Source: an uncultured Myxococcales bacterium (GTDB taxonomy: Bacteria; Myxococcota; UBA4151). From it: DNA of 18,719 nt. The notes beneath the pieces are model-generated. The model had not been told where the DNA came from. It was given only the letters and a program-made list of their open reading frames with translations, and did not search any database. The stretch spans positions 1-18,719 of the forward strand of contig CAXGWI010000063.1 in assembly GCA_964013405.1 (NCBI GenBank), given 5' to 3'. Below are positions 13,526-18,719 of the stretch, piece after piece. Each line of letters starts with the position of its first letter. The first letter of the stretch is position 1. A program made the translations under genes and the position numbers.

Positions 13526-15488
13526 TCAGCCAGTAGCTGCCACCGAGAACGAGCAGTCCGGCCGGAATTGCCGCCCAAGGGCCATACCAGCCCAAGCCTG
13601 CCGGGATGTAGCCGATGAGTAAGGCGATCACCATGGCGAGAAGGGCGTAGGGCAGCTGGGTCCGTACGTGCTCATCGAGGGAACATTTGCTGGCCAAGGA
13701 ACTGAGGATGGTGGTGTCGGAGAGAGGAGAGCAGTGGTCGCCGAAGATGGCACCATCGAGAATTGCAGCGCTGCAGATGATGAGAATGCCGACATCACCG
13801 ATCCCCATGGCGAGGGGGAGGATGATGGGAATCAGAATCCCCATCGTACCGAAGCTGGTGCCCGTGGCGAAGGCGATGGCAGCCGCAAGCAAGAAGGTGA
13901 TCGCCGGGAGCAAGCCTGGGTTTATGCTCTCACCGATGAGCGCTTCCAGGTAAGTACCGGTCCCAACGGTGCCGGTCATGCCCCCTAAGATCCAGGCAAG
14001 GACGAGGATCTGGATGGCCGGAAGCACCTCATGAAGTCCCCGACCCATGGCCCTGATTTGCGTGCCAGCGCCTAGACTCGTCTCCCCCGGCGAGAGGCGA
14101 CCGAGAGCAAGGCAGACCAGTAGGCCGATAAGACTCGATAAGCCGAGGATGGAAGCGATATCCAGGCTCAGGCTGCCCAGCGCTTGGTCGTCAGCCATGA
14201 GGATCTCCCGCAACCCCACAAGACTGAGGAGATCGGGGCTGATGCCCCCGAGCTGGGCTCGGTAGATGAAAAAGCCCAGGATGCTGGCGAAGGTGACGGC
14301 GAGGGGGATGATGGCTCGGCTCGCTTTGGGGCTTGGCCCGGTCTCGTCCTTCGCCTCGTCACTGGGGTCGTCGATGGGCGCACGTGTCATCATGGCCTGT
14401 CGTTGGGCCTGAAGCATGGGGCCCATCTCCCTTCGGCTCCGGATGCTGATCCAGACCAAGGCTAAGGCCAGCAGACAGTAGAGGCGAAAGCCGAGCCCTT
14501 CGAGAAAGAGCGCGTAGCCGTTGAGATCGAGACCGAGGGCTTGGCACTGGGTCCCCAACAGACCGACCTCGTAGCCGATCCAGGTCGACAGGAAGGCCAA
14601 GCCGGCGAGCGGGGCAGAGGTGGAATCAACGATATAGGCTAGCTTGGCTCGGCTGCTGCCGAAGCGGTCGGTGACGGCGCCCATGGTTGAACCCACCACC
14701 ACGGTGTTGGCGTAATCGTCGAAGAAGAGACCGAAGCCGAGGGTTGCCGTGGCAGATTCTGCATCCCGCCGATTGTGCACTCGGGCAGATAAAAGGCGAA
14801 CAAGCCCGGCCATGCCCCCATTGATTCGCATCAGTGAGACCATGGCGATCAGGCCGCAGGTGAAGACGAGAATCCAGCCATTCCACTGACTATAGAGCGT
14901 CGCCTTTACCTGAGTGAAGAGGAGGGAGAAGGCGGCGAGGGGGGCCCCATCGGACCCGACCAGTGCGCCGAGTAGGATCGCCAATCCGAGTCCGAGAACA
15001 ACCCGAGAAAAGAGGATGGCGATCACGATCGCCAAAAGGGGGTGAAGTAGACTTCGCCAGTCCGGTTTGGGCTCGGCTTCACGGGCCGCCACGGACCACA
15101 TGGGCGCAACCCCCTTCTCGCCCAGGTGAAGGCGGAAATGCCCCTTCTCGTTGTCCACGATGATGGGCAGGACTTGGAGGTCGTAGTTACAGCCGATGGG
15201 TTCAGTGGCCGTGTAGCCTTTGACCGTCTCGTTCCAGAGGGCAACCGATTGGCTCGTTAGCGGGTTTTTATCGCCGGCCTCCGCTTGGCGGCAGAGGTTT
15301 GCGCCTTCGAGCTGGAAACTCAGTTTTTTCGTTCCGATTTTGGTTTCGGTACTGCGGGTCACATCCACAAGGTGTTGGAGGTTTTTTGTTTGAGTCAGGC
15401 CAGGTGACTCACGATCTCTTGGTCCTGGGGCGTAGAGCGCCACCAGACACAGGAGTCCAAGACCGAATGCAGCGTATTTTGGGTTCAA
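13452..15488 (-). CDS. Na+/H+ antiporter NhaC-family transporter with an N-terminal extracytoplasmic extension
   Basis: FFDDYAN, YIVDSTSAP, STWIGYE, FATGTSFGTMGI, GAIFGDHCSPLSDTTILSS and HVRTQLPYA motifs. The TTG start overlaps the upstream stop (TTGA). Confidence 0.9.
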   Translation of the reverse strand: MNPKYAAFGLGLLCLVALYAPGPRDRESPGLTQTKNLQHLVDVTRSTETKIGTKKLSFQLEGANLCRQAEAGDKNPLTSQSVALWNETVKGYTATEPIGCNYDLQVLPIIVDNEKGHFRLHLGEKGVAPMWSVAAREAEPKPDWRSLLHPLLAIVIAILFSRVVLGLGLAILLGALVGSDGAPLAAFSLLFTQVKATLYSQWNGWILVFTCGLIAMVSLMRINGGMAGLVRLLSARVHNRRDAESATATLGFGLFFDDYANTVVVGSTMGAVTDRFGSSRAKLAYIVDSTSAPLAGLAFLSTWIGYEVGLLGTQCQALGLDLNGYALFLEGLGFRLYCLLALALVWISIRSRREMGPMLQAQRQAMMTRAPIDDPSDEAKDETGPSPKASRAIIPLAVTFASILGFFIYRAQLGGISPDLLSLVGLREILMADDQALGSLSLDIASILGLSSLIGLLVCLALGRLSPGETSLGAGTQIRAMGRGLHEVLPAIQILVLAWILGGMTGTVGTGTYLEALIGESINPGLLPAITFLLAAAIAFATGTSFGTMGILIPIILPLAMGIGDVGILIICSAAILDGAIFGDHCSPLSDTTILSSLASKCSLDEHVRTQLPYALLAMVIALLIGYIPAGLGWYGPWAAIPAGLLVLGGSYWLISQPIEDADSETLEAPGPAASHPP

Positions 15489-16507
15489 GGCGTGCGGAGA
15501 ACGCAGGGGCCTTCAAGCCCCGACGGCAGGCCATTGGTCGCATAGGGACTAGCCTGTCCCAGGCGATGGGCACTGAGGAAGTCGAGGTAATGCTGCTTGT
15601 TCATTTGTGGGTGGGGCCGGTGGCCTGTGCTGTGGGCGCAATCCACGAGGAGTCGGTTGTTCTCCGCCATATGGTTGATCGCCTCAGTGTGTGCGTTCTC
15701 GAAGTTGATCACCTCGATGCCCATCACCCCATAATTGTCCTGGGCCCCACCGTGGGTTAGCAGCACTGCCCCGCCATCTTCTGCCAGCAAAGGATCCCAT
15801 ACGGGATCGGGGTTGATGCCGAAGTTGGCCCCTTGGCCGCTGGGGTCGAGAAGATCGATTTGGTCTTGGTCATTGAACCAGGCGCCGCTCATGCCAACGG
15901 TGGCTGCGAACACGTGGGGCAGGCGGCTGTGGAGCATATTGGTCGTTAGGGCACCGGCGCTGAAGCCGAACGAGTAGATTTGGTCCCAGGCGATGTCATC
16001 GTAGGCCATGAGGCAACCGATGACGCTCTCGGCCAGGGCCACCTCCTTGTTGTCGTCGCCAGTGACGGAGACGAGATTATCCCAGTCGACACCGGGGTCG
16101 TTGGGGTCGGCAAAGTTCATGTTCGTCGATTCGGGCAACACCAAAATGAAGGGAAAGTCGCTGTTTCCAGCACTCAGGCTAAGGGCAGCCTTAAAATTCC
16201 CAACGTTGTCGCCCATGCCGTGCCAGCCGAAAACGATAGGCATTTTTGTGCCCCGATCGACCCGAGGAAACTCCACGGTGACGTTCCGGCGACCCAGGCC
16301 ATTGTTGAGCGTGAAACTCCGATTCATGCCTTCTTGGAGTCCTTGCCCGTGATCACAGGGGAAGGTGAAGGGGGGCTCAGGCTCTTGGGGGCCCGCGTCC
16401 GAAGTCGGGCCGGCATCACCATCTCCAGTGCTCGGTCCCGAATCATCGGCCGGGCCGCAGGCGAGGAGGACTGAGGCCAAAAGGAGGCAAGTCGAACGAA
16501 TGATCAT
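15485..16507 (-). CDS. Lipoprotein alpha/beta-hydrolase (PHB depolymerase/LpqC-like esterase)
   Basis: ATG 16507 (ATGA overlap with the upstream stop) gives MIIRSTCLLLASVLLAC (lipobox). Also PIVFGWHG, nucleophile elbow GFSAG, HGGAQD and a late GH. Confidence 0.85.
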   Translation of the reverse strand: MIIRSTCLLLASVLLACGPADDSGPSTGDGDAGPTSDAGPQEPEPPFTFPCDHGQGLQEGMNRSFTLNNGLGRRNVTVEFPRVDRGTKMPIVFGWHGMGDNVGNFKAALSLSAGNSDFPFILVLPESTNMNFADPNDPGVDWDNLVSVTGDDNKEVALAESVIGCLMAYDDIAWDQIYSFGFSAGALTTNMLHSRLPHVFAATVGMSGAWFNDQDQIDLLDPSGQGANFGINPDPVWDPLLAEDGGAVLLTHGGAQDNYGVMGIEVINFENAHTEAINHMAENNRLLVDCAHSTGHRPHPQMNKQHYLDFLSAHRLGQASPYATNGLPSGLEGPCVLRTP

Positions 16508-17238
16508 GAACTGGCTCCTTCTCGCACCACATTGGCGAAACACTTGAGGATTCGATGGGGCAGCGGGCTGTCTTGAAACCGAGCCATGGTTTCAGGCGGA
16601 AGGGGTTGCCCCTTGGGGAGACCGTAGTGCTCCGCATAGCTTCGGAAGCGCAGGACGTTGTCTTGTCGTTCCAATTCGGGGTGAAATTGGACCCCCCATA
16701 CCGGCAGGTTTGCCACCCGGTAGGCCTGCAGGTCGACCCGCTGGCTGAAGGCCAAGGTCACCCAGTGCTCGGGCAGGGTATGCACTCGATCGGAGTGACC
16801 CAGTTGGGCGAGAAAGCGGGCGGGCAAGCCCTCAAACAGCGGGTCTGACTGCCCGGCAGCAGTGAGTTCCACTTCGAACGTGCCGACCTCTTCCCGTTCC
16901 GGATCGTTAATCACCTTGGCACCGGCAGCGGCGGCTAAGAGTTGGTGACCGAAGCAGAGGCCAAGAAACGGCTTCTCGCCGGAGACAAAGCGGTCGCGGC
17001 AGAGGTCGAAGGTCCGTTTCAGCCAGGGTTCATCGTCAAAGACATGAAAGGCCCCACTGCCTCCGATGAGGTAGGCATCCGCGGCATCGAGAACCTCCTG
17101 GGGTGGTGCGCTGTCGACCAGGTTCCAGATGGCCAGCTCATCGCCTTCGAGTTCGAGTCCTCGGCGAACACAGTCCTGCTCATGGATGGCCATTGGGTCA
17201 TCGGAGCGCCGCGCCTGAAAGAGAACGAAAGTGGTCAT
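16504..17238 (-). CDS. Stand-alone type 1 glutamine amidotransferase
   Basis: IGGSG, nucleophile GLCFGHQ and QFHPE (Cys-His-Glu triad). No ATP-pyrophosphatase domain, so it is not GuaA. Confidence 0.93.
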   Translation of the reverse strand: MTTFVLFQARRSDDPMAIHEQDCVRRGLELEGDELAIWNLVDSAPPQEVLDAADAYLIGGSGAFHVFDDEPWLKRTFDLCRDRFVSGEKPFLGLCFGHQLLAAAAGAKVINDPEREEVGTFEVELTAAGQSDPLFEGLPARFLAQLGHSDRVHTLPEHWVTLAFSQRVDLQAYRVANLPVWGVQFHPELERQDNVLRFRSYAEHYGLPKGQPLPPETMARFQDSPLPHRILKCFANVVREGASS

Positions 17239-18479
17239 GGGGATGGGGGCAGGTCGAAGATTGGGTTTACAAAGAGGCCACTACGCAGCTTGGGTTCGAA
17301 CCAAGTCGATTTGGGCGGCATGATGTCGTTGTCGTCGGCCACCTGAAGCAATGCCTCCATTGGGGTTGCGAACATGGAAAAGGCCACGCCGTGACCCCGA
17401 GCGTCAACCCGTTGCTCCAGTTCGTCCATACCACGAATACCGCCAACAAAACTGATTCGCTCCGAGACTCTTGGGTCTTCGATGCCGAGAAGAGGCGTCA
17501 GGACGTGCCGTTGGAGAATCGCCACGTCTAAGGCCTCGACCGGGGGCATCCCTTCGTAAGTATGGGGCCGGGCCGTGAGCCGGTACCACTGACCACCGAG
17601 GTACATTCCGACGGTTTGGAGGCTTTGTGGTGAGCGGCTTTCTGCTTCGCTCAAGGGCTCGATGAGGAAATCTTGCGAAAGCCGACTCACGAAGGTTTCC
17701 GGATCCATCCCATTGAGGTCGTGGACGACGCGGTTGTAGTCCATGACGTGCAGTTGGTTGTGGGGAAAGACGACGACCAAGAAGCGCTGGGCGAGACCTT
17801 CATCGGGGTGGAGGGCGGCGCAGCGAGACGCAGCCGCACTCCGATGGTGGCCATCGGCTACGTAGAGAAAATCCACCTGTTTAAAGGAGGACTGGATGGC
17901 TTGGACTTGCGTTGCGTCGTTGATGATCCACAGTTCATGCCTGACGCCGAGGTCATCGGTGAGGTCGACATCGGGTGGGGTCATTTCGGGCGCAGCGATC
18001 TGGGCATCTAAACCGGGCTGACTACGGTAGGCGAGAAAGACCGGACTACATTGGCAGCCAGTGGCCTCGATGTGGGCGAGGCGGTCGTCCTCTTTATCGG
18101 GCCGGGTGAATTCATGTTTTTTGATGATGCCCTTGTCGTAATCATCGGTCAGGGCCGTACAGACGATGCCCGTTTGTTGGCGGCCATCCATGGTTTGCCG
18201 ATAGATGGTGAAGCAATCGGTGAGGTCCTGACGCAGGGCCCCCTCCTCAATGAGTCGGGCCAGCTCGGTGCGTGCTCGACCATAGACCTCTGGCAGATGG
18301 GGGTCATGGGCCGCGGGAAAGTGGATATCTGGCCGGTCCACATGAAGAAAGCTGTGGGGCTTTCCAGAGGCCATCGCAACCGCCTCTTCTCGATTCATGG
18401 TGTCGTAGGGGGCGCAATGGACTTGGGCTTCTTTTCCGGGGCTCGGGCGAAGGGCGCGAAAAGGAAAGATTTGGGGCAT
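17235..18479 (-). CDS. DUF1015 family protein
   Basis: PFRALRP, PYD, IKKHEFTRPDKEDDR, YVADGHHRSAAA and IMPPKSTWFEPKLRSGL, recalled as DUF1015 signatures. Confidence 0.9.
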   Translation of the reverse strand: MPQIFPFRALRPSPGKEAQVHCAPYDTMNREEAVAMASGKPHSFLHVDRPDIHFPAAHDPHLPEVYGRARTELARLIEEGALRQDLTDCFTIYRQTMDGRQQTGIVCTALTDDYDKGIIKKHEFTRPDKEDDRLAHIEATGCQCSPVFLAYRSQPGLDAQIAAPEMTPPDVDLTDDLGVRHELWIINDATQVQAIQSSFKQVDFLYVADGHHRSAAASRCAALHPDEGLAQRFLVVVFPHNQLHVMDYNRVVHDLNGMDPETFVSRLSQDFLIEPLSEAESRSPQSLQTVGMYLGGQWYRLTARPHTYEGMPPVEALDVAILQRHVLTPLLGIEDPRVSERISFVGGIRGMDELEQRVDARGHGVAFSMFATPMEALLQVADDNDIMPPKSTWFEPKLRSGLFVNPIFDLPPSP

Positions 18480-18591
18480 GGTGTGTCGAGATCCTCAGTC
18501 TTTGGGGCCCCCTCATACTGAGCAAAATGGAATCTGTCAGTCTCTGACAGCATGCCATGATCCGCTCCGGCTACCGCATGCTCAGAACTCC

Positions 18592-18621
18592 TTGACAAGG
18601 CCTTCGAATCTACCCCATGAA
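18592..18621 (+). promoter_or_regulatory. Probable tRNA promoter (-35 TTGACA)
   Basis: Consensus TTGACA at 18592-18597, about 45 nt before the tRNA. The -10 is weak (CATGAA at 18-nt spacing). Confidence 0.45.
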
Positions 18622-18642
18622 CCGCTGCCCAACGACACCGCT

Positions 18643-18719
<77 letters not shown>

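Noticed and set aside
16504..17238. Calling the amidotransferase guaA, trpG or pabA given the nearby aro genes
   Set aside because: It lacks the GMP synthase C-terminal domains, has no synthase partner in the window and lies in a different operon on the opposite strand.

Overview
This is a gene-dense, GC-rich bacterial chromosomal segment, most likely from Myxococcota or a related deltaproteobacterial lineage. That assignment is inferred from the Cys/Asp-rich lipoproteins, the stand-alone atpZ-atpI-atpB-atpE cluster and a c-subunit carrying a leader peptide. Left to right it contains: the 5' end of a lipoprotein gene missing from the ORF track (1-196, minus) and its tandem paralog (326-2497; Asp/Cys repeats plus a predicted beta-propeller); the Fo ATP synthase genes atpE, atpB, atpI and atpZ with a terminator; a 79-Cys repeat lipoprotein coupled to an orphan Wzx-like flippase; moaC-serS-thyX; a signal-peptide/coiled-coil/beta-barrel outer-membrane protein; an acidic hypothetical protein, aroF and aroK; a coupled four-gene operon (DUF1015, GATase1, lipoprotein esterase, NhaC-family transporter); and tRNA-Asp(GTC), whose CCA is the last three bases. 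I see no CRISPR array, integrase, transposase or defence system, and the region is mostly housekeeping. The best leads are: (i) the tandem lipoproteins, which share a near-identical coding block and a conserved promoter box; (ii) an Fo sector with several unusual features at once (short c-subunit loop, partial Na+ motif, extra Arg beside the essential a-subunit Arg); (iii) the Cys-rich lipoprotein plus flippase pair; (iv) the uncharacterised four-gene operon.
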